A stretch of 64,000 nt of DNA from a virus, in the IMG/VR virus record IMGVR_UViG_3300037882_001770, positions 203,033 through 267,032 of that record, one strand, 5' to 3'. The position numbers were made by a program, and so were the translations under genes. Shown here one piece after another: positions 53,537-63,823 of this stretch (position 1 is the stretch's first letter; every line of letters starts with the position of its first letter). The notes below the pieces were generated by a model, which had not been told where the DNA came from, ran no database searches, and worked only from the letters and a program-made list of their open reading frames with translations.

Positions 53537-55816
53537 ATGCAAAATAATCCCGAAATTGAACAAATTATCGAATCTGCGGTCCGCATTGCAAAAGATAAAC
53601 AGCACGAATACGTACTGACTGAACATGTGTTGCTGGCCATGTTGAAGTATGCGCCGTTTCGCAAAGTCTTGGCCAAGTATGGAACCACTGTGGATTTGTT
53701 TGAACAGGAATTAGAAAGTTATCTTGACAGCCTAGTTAATCTTGTCAAGGCAAATGCCAACTTACAACCTAAAAAAACAAATGCACTCGAGCGTTGTTTC
53801 AACCGAGCTCTTACTCAGGTACTGTTCACTGGACGTAGAACAATTACCACAGCAGATTTATATCTGGCCATGATGAGTGAAACAAACAGTCATGCACACT
53901 ATTTCTTGTTGAAGTATGGCGTAAAGAAAAACGAGTTTGTTGAGTTTTGGCAAAAACACTACAATCACAATGATATTAAAATTACCGACCAACAGGCTGA
54001 TGAAATTTTAACTGAGCACTGTACTGATTTAACCAAGATGGCGCATGAAAATCAACTTGAGCCAATGATTGGTCGCAGTAGTGAACTAGATGAAATGATC
54101 ACAGTGCTGGCTCGCAAGTTCAAAGCCAACGTGCTTATGGTTGGAGATCCCGGAGTAGGCAAGACAGCTATTGTAGAAGGCCTAGCCCAGGAAATCAATG
54201 CAGGACGTGTTCCTGAGTTTCTTAAAGGCTACGAAGTGTGGGGGCTCGAAATTGGCAGCTTGCTTGCTGGTTCAAAATATCGCGGCGAGTTTGAAGAAAA
54301 ATTCAAACAAGTTATTAGTGCGTTAGAAGCCAAGAAAAATTGCATCTTGTTTATTGATGAGGCGCACACTATGAAAGGTGCTGGCAGTTCTAGCAACAGC
54401 ACACTTGATTTTGCAAACATGTTAAAACCGGCCATCACCAAGGGCAATTTAAAGGTGGTAGCCAGTACTACCTGGGAAGAATTTTACGAATCGTTTGAAA
54501 AAGATCGTGCATTGATGCGCCGTTTCCATCGCGTAAGCATCGACGAACCCAACGACGAAACTACAGAACAGATTCTAATTGGACTTAGTCCACGTTTGGA
54601 ATCATATCATAATGTGTTGATTGACACAGATGCTATGACAGCCGCTGTGGAATTAAGTCGACGTTATATTCATGATCGTCAAAATCCAGACAAGAGTATC
54701 GACTTGTTAGACGGTGCCTGTGCTAAGGAACGTGTTAAAGATATGGGCACAGTGACTATTACCAAGGACATGATCATGGCTCAGCTCAGTAGGATCACAA
54801 ATGTTCCGTTGGATCGTTTACAAAACGAACGTTCGACTAAAATTGTTGATTTAGAAAGCAACATCAAACAGAAATTATACGGACAAGATGCCGCAGTCGA
54901 CGCAGTATTGGATCGTGTGTACATCAACTTCTCTGGTATCGGTAACCAAACACGCCCAATTGCTAGTTTCTTGTTTTTAGGACCAACAGGTACAGGTAAA
55001 ACAGAGCTTGCCAAATTGTTAGCCGAAAACTTAGACATGCAGTTGTTGAAATACGATATGAGTGAATATCAAGAACGGCATACAGTATCAAGTTTGATTG
55101 GTGCACCCCCGGGCTATGTAGGATTTGATGATGGCAATCTAGGTGGCGGCAAACTAATCGCCGACATTAGTAAAAACCCATTTAGTATTGTGTTGTTTGA
55201 TGAAATTGAAAAGGCGCATCCGGATGTGATCAATATCATGTTGCAGATGCTGGACGAAGCCAGACTTACCAGTAGTAATGGCAAAACTGTGAATCTCAAG
55301 AACTGCATTATCATTATGACCAGTAATTTAGGCGCCAAAGACAACGAAAGTAACAATATTGGATTTGCTCAAAGTTTAGAAAAATCAGGCGAAGAAAATC
55401 GTGCAATGAAAGAATTCTTCAAACCTGAGCTACGTAATCGTATTGATCAAATTTGCAAGTTTGTTAAATTGGACACATTGGCCATCAAGAAGATTGTGGT
55501 CAAGTTTACAGACCAGTTGCAATCCAGTCTTGCTGACAAGAACATCCGTCTCACTCTAAGCGAACCAGTGATTGATCTGTTGGCTGACAAAGGCTACGAT
55601 AATAAAATGGGTGCAAGACCACTTAATCGCAAAATTGACGAATTGATACGAGTACCGTTGTCTAAGAAAATTTTGTTTGATCAATTGACCAACTGCAATA
55701 TCCATGCAGTGATCAATGGTGATGCAATTGATTTTCAAATTACACCCATGGACGCTCAGCCCATAGTTGACAGTGAAGGATACATAGTTCTTGATCAATT
55801 CAAGCCCACAATCTAA
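53537..55816 (+). CDS. clpA: ClpA-like Hsp100 AAA+ unfoldase
   Basis: Clp N-domain, GDPGVGKT and GPTGTGKT Walker A motifs, IGF loop (NNIGFAQ), no ClpB middle domain. Confidence 0.85.
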   Translation: MQNNPEIEQIIESAVRIAKDKQHEYVLTEHVLLAMLKYAPFRKVLAKYGTTVDLFEQELESYLDSLVNLVKANANLQPKKTNALERCFNRALTQVLFTGRRTITTADLYLAMMSETNSHAHYFLLKYGVKKNEFVEFWQKHYNHNDIKITDQQADEILTEHCTDLTKMAHENQLEPMIGRSSELDEMITVLARKFKANVLMVGDPGVGKTAIVEGLAQEINAGRVPEFLKGYEVWGLEIGSLLAGSKYRGEFEEKFKQVISALEAKKNCILFIDEAHTMKGAGSSSNSTLDFANMLKPAITKGNLKVVASTTWEEFYESFEKDRALMRRFHRVSIDEPNDETTEQILIGLSPRLESYHNVLIDTDAMTAAVELSRRYIHDRQNPDKSIDLLDGACAKERVKDMGTVTITKDMIMAQLSRITNVPLDRLQNERSTKIVDLESNIKQKLYGQDAAVDAVLDRVYINFSGIGNQTRPIASFLFLGPTGTGKTELAKLLAENLDMQLLKYDMSEYQERHTVSSLIGAPPGYVGFDDGNLGGGKLIADISKNPFSIVLFDEIEKAHPDVINIMLQMLDEARLTSSNGKTVNLKNCIIIMTSNLGAKDNESNNIGFAQSLEKSGEENRAMKEFFKPELRNRIDQICKFVKLDTLAIKKIVVKFTDQLQSSLADKNIRLTLSEPVIDLLADKGYDNKMGARPLNRKIDELIRVPLSKKILFDQLTNCNIHAVINGDAIDFQITPMDAQPIVDSEGYIVLDQFKPTI

Positions 55817-56486
55817 AAAAGTTATCAAGGATCGATTATTTTATAATCGATTTGTGCATTGTATAAGTTTTAGCTTGCCCGAGATCAGTTGTCTCAAAGA
55901 GCTGGATCATCAACATATTGACCGCATGGTGGCCAAACGCAAAAGTTGGAGAGAAATAAGTCAGCAACACAACAGATTTCTCTCCAACTTGACGCGGACC
56001 TGGCGAGAAATAACTGATGACGATCTAGCAAATCTTCACAATTTGTGCGATGTGTTGTTGCAGGAGGCCATATCAGAATTTAAACTAGTGACCAGTATGA
56101 ATCGAGGCTGGGTATATACCAACAATACAGATTTTTTAAACAAGATTGCTGAATTTCCTGCAATTCAAATTTTAGGAATGTCGGAAGCAGTTATCACTAG
56201 ACCCAAAAATACCATCAGTTTAAAAACGTCAAAGTATCAATATAGAAGTTATTTTAAACTGATTAAAGTCAGCCAACAACAAAAAAATCAACTGTTGAAT
56301 TTTTTAGTCAATCAACAAGATCACATACGTATTAGCCCGGCGTTGCAACTATGGATCAATCAACCGTTTAATCGAATTCAGGATTACTTTTTTATTGATC
56401 ACGATTCAGAATCCTGGTTAACCATGCTGAGTTTAGTACACCCAGGATTAATAAGAAAAACAATGGAAATAATCCCGGCTAAATAA
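55791..56486 (+). CDS. Hypothetical protein
   Basis: 231-aa ORF. Confidence 0.7.
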   Translation: MINSSPQSKKVIKDRLFYNRFVHCISFSLPEISCLKELDHQHIDRMVAKRKSWREISQQHNRFLSNLTRTWREITDDDLANLHNLCDVLLQEAISEFKLVTSMNRGWVYTNNTDFLNKIAEFPAIQILGMSEAVITRPKNTISLKTSKYQYRSYFKLIKVSQQQKNQLLNFLVNQQDHIRISPALQLWINQPFNRIQDYFFIDHDSESWLTMLSLVHPGLIRKTMEIIPAK

Positions 56487-56492
56487 TACACT

Positions 56493-56660
56493 ATGGCAAA
56501 ATTAATTGAACAAACCCTTATTATTACCGTCAGCAGGATGGTTCCAAATTCCAATGAGAATCCTGTATTACCATTGAGTCCAGATAACCTGTCAGAAATT
56601 GCCAGCGTTGTAGAAGCATTGGCTGGTGACAACACCTTGGTAGAAATTACTCAGGCATGA
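56493..56660 (+). CDS. 55-aa late protein (not in ORF track)
   Basis: TAAATA 7 nt upstream; MAKLIEQTLIITVSRMV...LVEITQA*; ATGA coupling. Confidence 0.7.
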   Translation: MAKLIEQTLIITVSRMVPNSNENPVLPLSPDNLSEIASVVEALAGDNTLVEITQA

Positions 56661-57022
56661 GTTTGACCACGCTTACTTTGCTGGATACCACAGTTTATGG
56701 AACTGCTTCAGGAAACTATGATGGCAGCAGTGAAGGCTTTTTTGGAAATTCTGTTGTTGCAGCCAATTACTATGCCGGTCAAGGCAGTATACAAACCATG
56801 ACTATTCGAGTCACTGGATTCAATGGTCTGATAACTGCTCAAGCCACTCTCAACGATGATCCGGCTTCGGCTGAATGGTTTGACGTTTATACGTACGGTG
56901 GCGACAGTGTACCACGTACAGATACTCATCCGGCCACCATCACTGGAAATTTTAGCTATATGCGAGTTGAAATTTCAGAATTCTCAGACGGCACTATCAA
57001 TTCTATTACATTGGCTTACTAA
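56657..57022 (+). CDS. Putative virion protein (beta-rich)
   Basis: AANYYAGQG...GF.G.I..QATL...WFDV...GNFSYMRV. Confidence 0.7.
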   Translation: MSLTTLTLLDTTVYGTASGNYDGSSEGFFGNSVVAANYYAGQGSIQTMTIRVTGFNGLITAQATLNDDPASAEWFDVYTYGGDSVPRTDTHPATITGNFSYMRVEISEFSDGTINSITLAY

Positions 57023-57036
57023 GTTTTAAAACACAA

Positions 57037-57480
57037 ATGAATAACAATTTGATTATTACCTGTAGCATCGGCACCACCAATAAAACAGTGCCATTGGGCA
57101 TTGAAGTTTGGTTGGATAATCGGCTTTTACTCAACATGGACCATGTGACCAATGTGAATGATTGTGCATGGGAAATCGGCGACGCCGAATGTGATCACGA
57201 GCTTAAATTTGTGATGAAGAACAAAAGTCCCGAGCATACAAAAATTAATGAGCAAGGACAAATTGTTCAAGATGCCACGTTAACTATAGGCAATCTGACA
57301 TTTCAAGAAATTGAGATGGAAAAGATATTCTTGGAAAAAGCAGTTTACACACATAATTTCAATGGCACACAAAATACCATCGACACCAAGTTCTACGGCG
57401 AAATGGGCTGCAATGGTACATTGATTTTTAAATTTGCTACCCCTGTATACAGTTGGTTGCTTGAGAATATGAATCCCTAA
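57037..57480 (+). CDS. Hypothetical protein, paralog of 2..307
   Basis: GEMGCNGTLIFKFATPVYSWLLE. Confidence 0.7.
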   Translation: MNNNLIITCSIGTTNKTVPLGIEVWLDNRLLLNMDHVTNVNDCAWEIGDAECDHELKFVMKNKSPEHTKINEQGQIVQDATLTIGNLTFQEIEMEKIFLEKAVYTHNFNGTQNTIDTKFYGEMGCNGTLIFKFATPVYSWLLENMNP

Positions 57481-57492
57481 CTAAATATTACA

Positions 57493-58242
57493 ATGCGCAC
57501 TATTGTAATATATCCAGGAAGATTTCACCCATTTCACCGAGGCCACAAGGCCAGCTACGATTATCTTGTTCAGCAATTTGGTGCGGGCAATGTGTTTATT
57601 GCAACTAGCGATGTGCAGGCTCCTGTTACCAGTCCGTTCAGCTACAGCGACAAGGTAACTATGATGTCTAAGTTAGGCGTACCCTCGGGCAGAATAGCGC
57701 GAGTCAAAAGCCCGTACCAGGCCACAGAAATTACCGGGCAAATTGATGACAAAGAGCACACTGCCTTAATATTTGCTGTCAGTGAAAAGGACATGCAAGG
57801 CGACACAGCTAGATTTAAATTTGGCACAAAAAAGAATGGCGAGCCCAGTTACATGCAACCCATGCCAGTGGCTGGTAAATTGCAACCAATGTCAAAACAT
57901 GCGTATGTGATGATCACACCCACAGTCAATTTCAAAGTCAAAGGTGCCGACGCCAACAGTGCCAGTCAAATAAGAAAATTATATCTAGACGGAAACGACG
58001 CGGACCGCGATCAAATCATTGCAGATTTGTACGGAGAAGTTGAGCCACACATTCGAGATATATTTGATCAGCGGTTGGCAGTGACACAAAATACACAAAA
58101 TTTAGTTGCAGAAGCAAGAATTAAAAATCCTGGTCGTGCTGTAGCATTGTTAGAAGCCATATCAAGGTTGGAAAAAACAGCCAATTATATCGAATTTGAA
58201 GACCTTAGTTTAGACTACATCAACGAAAAACTCAGCCGCTAA
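57493..58242 (+). CDS. Cytidylyltransferase-like (HxGH) protein
   Basis: IYPGRFHPFHRGH, SPFSYSDK, SASQIR; TAAATA 5 nt upstream. Confidence 0.8.
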   Translation: MRTIVIYPGRFHPFHRGHKASYDYLVQQFGAGNVFIATSDVQAPVTSPFSYSDKVTMMSKLGVPSGRIARVKSPYQATEITGQIDDKEHTALIFAVSEKDMQGDTARFKFGTKKNGEPSYMQPMPVAGKLQPMSKHAYVMITPTVNFKVKGADANSASQIRKLYLDGNDADRDQIIADLYGEVEPHIRDIFDQRLAVTQNTQNLVAEARIKNPGRAVALLEAISRLEKTANYIEFEDLSLDYINEKLSR

Positions 58243-58307
58243 GGTTGCAAAAAATAACCATCACTGCTATACTCTATTAAATATCAGACACTTTAATAGA
58301 GGAACCA

Positions 58308-59168
58308 ATGTCAGACCAAACAACTCCACAAACAGCACCAGCTGGACAACAACAAATTCAAGTAAATATTGACTTTTTGCGCACCACTCGCGTACATATT
58401 TGTATGCCATGTTATGGTGGCATGCTGACAGAATCAACATTTATGAGTTATATCAAGTGGTCAAACACTGCCCGCCAATTGGGCATTGATTGGACCATGG
58501 AAACCATGACCAATGAGTCATTGATTAGCCGCGCTAGAAATACTCTTACATCCAAGTTCCTGCACAATAAAGAATCAACACACTTGATGTTTATCGATGC
58601 TGACATTGGCTGGGAGCCATGGCACCTGTTGGTCATGTTGAATCGTGACGTGGACGTTATCGGCGGTTTATATCCAATGAAGAGCCTGCCAGTTAAGTGG
58701 TGTGTTAATGGATTTGACGGCGCCGAAGAAGGTCCAGACGGACTACAAGAAGTCAGCAAAACTGGCACAGGATTTATGTTGATCAAGCGTCATGTGTTTG
58801 AAAAATTAGACCAACATCCGGCCACAAAGCCTTTCATTAACGACATTGGTTTGCCAGCAGAATTAAACCCTTACATGAAAACCTACTTTGATACCGCAGT
58901 TCGCGAAAATCGTTACTACAGCGAAGACTGGACATTCTGTGAAAACTTCCGCGATTTGGGTGGTAAGATTTGGGTGGACAAGCGTGTGTTGCTCAAGCAT
59001 ACAGGTACCTATGTGTTTGACTTTGCTACCCAAGACCAACTGTACAAGGACCTACATAGCCTGGCATTGACTAACAACGTAGCACTGCCCAGCACTGCTG
59101 AACCTGCACCTGCATCACCAGCCAAAGTGTTGGCACAGAGTAACAAGAAGAAAGCCAAAAGCAAGTAA
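58308..59168 (+). CDS. GT-A fold glycosyltransferase
   Basis: MPCYGG, ISRARN, LMFIDADI (DxD), GTGFMLIKR, SEDWTFC, LKHTG. Confidence 0.8.
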   Translation: MSDQTTPQTAPAGQQQIQVNIDFLRTTRVHICMPCYGGMLTESTFMSYIKWSNTARQLGIDWTMETMTNESLISRARNTLTSKFLHNKESTHLMFIDADIGWEPWHLLVMLNRDVDVIGGLYPMKSLPVKWCVNGFDGAEEGPDGLQEVSKTGTGFMLIKRHVFEKLDQHPATKPFINDIGLPAELNPYMKTYFDTAVRENRYYSEDWTFCENFRDLGGKIWVDKRVLLKHTGTYVFDFATQDQLYKDLHSLALTNNVALPSTAEPAPASPAKVLAQSNKKKAKSK

Positions 59169-59185
59169 CGGTAAATACAGTTCAT

Positions 59186-62100
59186 ATGAATATTAATGAA
59201 CTGGATTCTTTTCGTCTTTCTGATGCTGTAAAGTTTAATGATACATTAAACCCACGTCTGTGGGACAAGCAAGAAAAATTAAAGCCCGAAATCCGAAATC
59301 GTCTGTTGGAAATAGCCGACGATTTTCGTGAGTTTTTAGGCGTTACTAATTTACAACTCAAAGACATTACAATATCAGGCTCTAATGCAGCCTATACCTA
59401 CACCCCACACAGCGACATTGACCTGCACTTAGTGGTGGACCTGCCCGAAGCAGATCAAAACGAAGTGTACCGTGAATTGTTTGACGCTAAAAAATATCAA
59501 TACAATGATATGCACAATATCAAACTTGGTGGGCACGATGTAGAATTGTATGTTGAAAATGCCAACAAAAAACCAGTTAGTCAAGGCATATACAGTGTCT
59601 TGAACAACGAGTGGGTTGATATTCCGCAACGTAAAAAAGCCAATGTTGACGACATTAGCACTCGCAACAAATACAATGATTTGAGTCAGCGCATTGATTC
59701 TGCTATTCGCAGTGGCGATCAAGAACAGATAGAAACACTCAGCAGCAAAATCAAAGAAATGCGTCAGACTGGACTAGATCAGCACGGTGAATTTGGTCCA
59801 GAGAATTTGGCATTTAAAATGTTGCGTACTCAAGGCAAAATCAAAGAGCTATACGATGCTCGCAATGCGGCCAAAGACGAATTGTTGAGCTTGGATGAAC
59901 GCAAAAAGAAACGCAAAAAGAAAGTTCGTTACGGATACGGCGGTTACTGGTATCCAGGCACAGCCTATGCCGGTCAAGATCATTCAGCCGGAACCGAAGG
60001 TGGTGGTGGAGACGGTGGTGGTGGTGGTGAAAGCATCAGAGAATCTGCGGAAACCACCGACGAAGAAATTCTTAAAGACTTTGTTGACTTTTGTGTCAAA
60101 GAATTAAAAATAGAAAATTTACCAATTATTAAATTACGACGTGATCCGCAATGGCCGGTGGTGCACAAAACCTTTGGGCGTTATAACGATGACAAAGAAA
60201 TGCTGGAAGTGGCATTCGGTCAACGACACATTATGGATGTGCTTCGCACAGTGGCGCATGAGCTTACCCATCGGCATCAACACGAGCGTGAAGACGTTCC
60301 GGGTGATGCCGGTGAAACCGGCAGTCCTTACGAAAACGAAGCCAATGCCAGGGCCGGAGTACTCATGCGTGACTATGCCGGACTGCACCCAGAATATTTC
60401 AAAGTAGGACAAGCAGAAGAATCACACTGTGACGAAGTTGATGAAGGGCTCAAAGGTAAATTAGGTGCCATGGCTGCTGCGGCGTGTATCGCTGGCACCC
60501 CTGGATGTTCAACTACTGCTGGTGCTCTTAAAACTGCACAAGATGTTGGGCGCACTGCTCAGACTGTTAAGAACATGAGCCGTGCTGGTGTTCAAGATGA
60601 GCTTGGCCAAGAACTGCGTAATTTTCTTCGGGCCCAGGGCGGCGAACCTGGCAGTCAAAATCAAAGTAGATTGTACCAATTACAAAAGCGAGCCACACAA
60701 AAAGAATCAGCTAGTGGCTATATTCCCACAAAGAAACAAGCCAAAGATCCACGTTTCAGCATGGCACTTACACAGGATATCAAGCCTGGCCAACTGGGTA
60801 AAGAGGCAAACAAATTAAAATTAAAGACCGATCGTCAAGGCCATCCGCAAGTAGCTAGCCCCAATGGCTTGTTTGAAAAATTAAGTTTAGAATTAAACAA
60901 ATTTAAAAAAGGTGAAACAGACGAAGACTATAGTCCAGACAATCCGCCCGGACCCGAGTTTAAGCCCACTATGCCAGCAGGAACTCTGCGTGTAGATGTA
61001 AGCGATGTATATGATTGGTACAAATTAGGCCAACATATCAGCAACATGCAAGGCCTAGGCAAACATGATTTTGGTCAAGGTCCTCCTGGTGCTATTGTTA
61101 GTTTTGGTGACGAAGATACCGAACATAAATTTATCCAAGATCTTGAAGCCACTGGGTTGGATATCACAGACATTGATCCTGCAGATCCAAAACAACCTGC
61201 TGGGATGCGCACCATCAAAACAGATCCTACATACAAGGTAGATGAAGTAATACAAGCTCCTGTAAACAAATATAAAGATGATAAACAGTATTATAATTTC
61301 ATTATGGCCAAACATAAACTAGGCCGCCCATTAACACGTCAAGAACAAGAATATGTAAGAAGCTACAAAATGTTTAATCAACAAGTTGCAGAATCTGTTG
61401 ACCAACTAGACGAAGTGGCCATGAGCCCCAGTGCCTTGGCCAAGTGGGCTCAAAGTCCAGAAGCCGAAGGCATACGTGCTGGTTTTGAAGCCGAACTGAT
61501 CTTTCGCGATACTACCAATGACGACGATGATGATACCGAAATGGAGCCCGACTATGATTATGACGAACGGCCTCGCAGTATATCGGATGTCATAGACTTT
61601 TTTAATGGTGGCGACTACGGTGGCCTGAGTGATAGACAAGAAGGTCGATTACAAGACGGTCTAGATCAACAGTACATGGAGTGGCAAGACGAACGCATGT
61701 ATGACGCCTGGCGTGACGAACGTGAAGACTTGATCCGTGAAGCCTGGTTGCGTGAAAAGCCCATGGTTGAACGTGTTCACGACTATCTAGTAGAAGGCAT
61801 GGACATGGACGATCGAGAAGCTGATCGCATTCAAGCAGCCGGCGACGCGGCCCCACGCTTTACCAAATTGAGTGACCAAGAGGCTTACAAACAAGCCAAC
61901 CCAGATTACGCAACTTATTTGGAAGCCGATGAAGGCGCCGAAGAAATCCTACAAGAAGAAGTTGAGCAGACCATTGAGAAAGAAGATGGCTTCTACGACG
62001 AAGTCCTGGATGAATTCCGCGAGAATTTTTATACTGACGATGACTCTAGCTTCTTTCAGGATGTTGGGCTGGGTTACATGAGTGACATAGCGTCAGAATA

Positions 62101-63823
62101 CAGCTTAGACTGGCCTTATCTGACTGGATCCGGCGGTGGCAACAACGGTGGACGTCGTGAGTGGGATGATGTTGGCAACAGTTTACAAGATGCTATAGAC
62201 ATGCCGGTTCGAGTCAGCCAGGGCTATCACAGCATGCCACGCAAGGAAGGTCAATGGATTGTGGAACCTGACTCCAGTTTGAGTCCGGACGACAGAGAAG
62301 ACTTTGGCTTGGAAATAGTAAGCCCACCCTTGCCCCTATTGACTGCACTGGAAAAACTGCAAGAAGTCACCGACTGGGCCAACAATCCCTCAGAAGGCAA
62401 TGCCTATACCAACAGCAGTACAGGCCTACACATGGGTGTCAGCGTGCCTTATAAAGGTGGCGATGTGGACTACTTAAAACTGATCCTGTTCCTAGGTGAC
62501 GAATATGTGTTGCAGAGTTTTGGACGTGAAGCTAATACATATACCAAATCAGCTATGAAAGCCTTCCGTGAAAACATTAGGTCAGGACGTGCTGATCCTG
62601 CAGGTGCCATGGCCCTGATGCGGAGCAACCTAATAGAGTTTGCCTATAGGGAAATACAAAAAGGTGTGGGTGGCGGCAAGTACACCAGTGCGCACATACA
62701 GGACGGCTATATTGAATTCCGTAGTGCTGGTGGTGACTGGTTGGCCGAGGAGTCAGCAGATCCCCAAAAGTTATCCAGTACCATGTTGCGCTATGCTAGA
62801 GCCATGCAGATAGCGGCCGACCCTAGTGCCGAACGTAGAGAGTTTGCCAAAAAGTTATACAAGATGGTGTCTCCCGAAGGTGATAGTCAACTAGCCCTGT
62901 TCAGTCAGTTTTCTGCAGGTGAGCTCACAGCAGAACAACTCAAGAAAAAGTGGGCTGAAAAGACCATTGGCACAGAAAAGAAAGCAAATCAACGCTGGAA
63001 GCTGTATCAAATGGCCGACGGCGGATGGCAACCGGTGTCAGGTGCTGAATGGAACGGCTACACTGAAGAGCAGGTCAAGAATGCTGTATGGAGCAAGTAC
63101 GGGCGTGAAGCACTAGATTCCGGTGAATACAAGTTGGTCAACATGGGCGAGCAGGAGTGGGAAGTATACCGTGTTGACACAGGTGAAACTCTCGAAGTGG
63201 TCAAAGGCAAGAGTCGAGGCGAAGTGGCTGATTCAGTGTATGACAAGTACGCAACCCAAAAGATTGGATTCAATGTGCGTCCATATCAAGATCCTGCCAC
63301 CATGACTCCAAGAGCCAAGTTGGCCAAGCGTATTGCAACCAAGAAACCAGAACCAAAACAAGTAGCCAACCAAGCAACCAACGAGCGTGGCGTTCCTTAT
63401 TGGGAAGTATATGACATTAGCAACGACCAGATTGTGATCCATACATTCCTAAGTGATACCGCAGCCGACGCCAAAGTAGATGGAGCAAATTGGCTGAAAA
63501 GTTTTGGTGCTACACACCCCGAGTTGTTTGCAGTAAGACCCAAGATAAAAACCGCACAGGTCAAAGATGTAGAACCTAATGTGGCACAGAACTTTGACAG
63601 TGCTCGAGACAGTGCCACCCTGCAGACCAACTTGCAAGGCAGGTCATCGCCGGATGCAACTGAAGTCCCTCGCAACTGGGAATTCGTAAATCGTATAAAC
63701 GGTCAAGTTATTCATAATATGACAAATGCCAGCTATAACCAGGCCAATGTAGTGCAAGATAATCTTGAACTTAGATATCCAGATGCAGACATATATTTGC
63801 GTAGTGTAGAGAGATCAAATTAA
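59186..63823 (+). CDS. Multidomain polyprotein: Pol-beta-type nucleotidyltransferase, zincin metallopeptidase and amidoligase-like domain
   Basis: ISGSNAAY...SDIDLH; VAHELTHRHQ; GFEAEL...EPDSSL...EIVSPP...STGLHM...IEFRS. Confidence 0.75.
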   Translation: MNINELDSFRLSDAVKFNDTLNPRLWDKQEKLKPEIRNRLLEIADDFREFLGVTNLQLKDITISGSNAAYTYTPHSDIDLHLVVDLPEADQNEVYRELFDAKKYQYNDMHNIKLGGHDVELYVENANKKPVSQGIYSVLNNEWVDIPQRKKANVDDISTRNKYNDLSQRIDSAIRSGDQEQIETLSSKIKEMRQTGLDQHGEFGPENLAFKMLRTQGKIKELYDARNAAKDELLSLDERKKKRKKKVRYGYGGYWYPGTAYAGQDHSAGTEGGGGDGGGGGESIRESAETTDEEILKDFVDFCVKELKIENLPIIKLRRDPQWPVVHKTFGRYNDDKEMLEVAFGQRHIMDVLRTVAHELTHRHQHEREDVPGDAGETGSPYENEANARAGVLMRDYAGLHPEYFKVGQAEESHCDEVDEGLKGKLGAMAAAACIAGTPGCSTTAGALKTAQDVGRTAQTVKNMSRAGVQDELGQELRNFLRAQGGEPGSQNQSRLYQLQKRATQKESASGYIPTKKQAKDPRFSMALTQDIKPGQLGKEANKLKLKTDRQGHPQVASPNGLFEKLSLELNKFKKGETDEDYSPDNPPGPEFKPTMPAGTLRVDVSDVYDWYKLGQHISNMQGLGKHDFGQGPPGAIVSFGDEDTEHKFIQDLEATGLDITDIDPADPKQPAGMRTIKTDPTYKVDEVIQAPVNKYKDDKQYYNFIMAKHKLGRPLTRQEQEYVRSYKMFNQQVAESVDQLDEVAMSPSALAKWAQSPEAEGIRAGFEAELIFRDTTNDDDDDTEMEPDYDYDERPRSISDVIDFFNGGDYGGLSDRQEGRLQDGLDQQYMEWQDERMYDAWRDEREDLIREAWLREKPMVERVHDYLVEGMDMDDREADRIQAAGDAAPRFTKLSDQEAYKQANPDYATYLEADEGAEEILQEEVEQTIEKEDGFYDEVLDEFRENFYTDDDSSFFQDVGLGYMSDIASEYSLDWPYLTGSGGGNNGGRREWDDVGNSLQDAIDMPVRVSQGYHSMPRKEGQWIVEPDSSLSPDDREDFGLEIVSPPLPLLTALEKLQEVTDWANNPSEGNAYTNSSTGLHMGVSVPYKGGDVDYLKLILFLGDEYVLQSFGREANTYTKSAMKAFRENIRSGRADPAGAMALMRSNLIEFAYREIQKGVGGGKYTSAHIQDGYIEFRSAGGDWLAEESADPQKLSSTMLRYARAMQIAADPSAERREFAKKLYKMVSPEGDSQLALFSQFSAGELTAEQLKKKWAEKTIGTEKKANQRWKLYQMADGGWQPVSGAEWNGYTEEQVKNAVWSKYGREALDSGEYKLVNMGEQEWEVYRVDTGETLEVVKGKSRGEVADSVYDKYATQKIGFNVRPYQDPATMTPRAKLAKRIATKKPEPKQVANQATNERGVPYWEVYDISNDQIVIHTFLSDTAADAKVDGANWLKSFGATHPELFAVRPKIKTAQVKDVEPNVAQNFDSARDSATLQTNLQGRSSPDATEVPRNWEFVNRINGQVIHNMTNASYNQANVVQDNLELRYPDADIYLRSVERSN

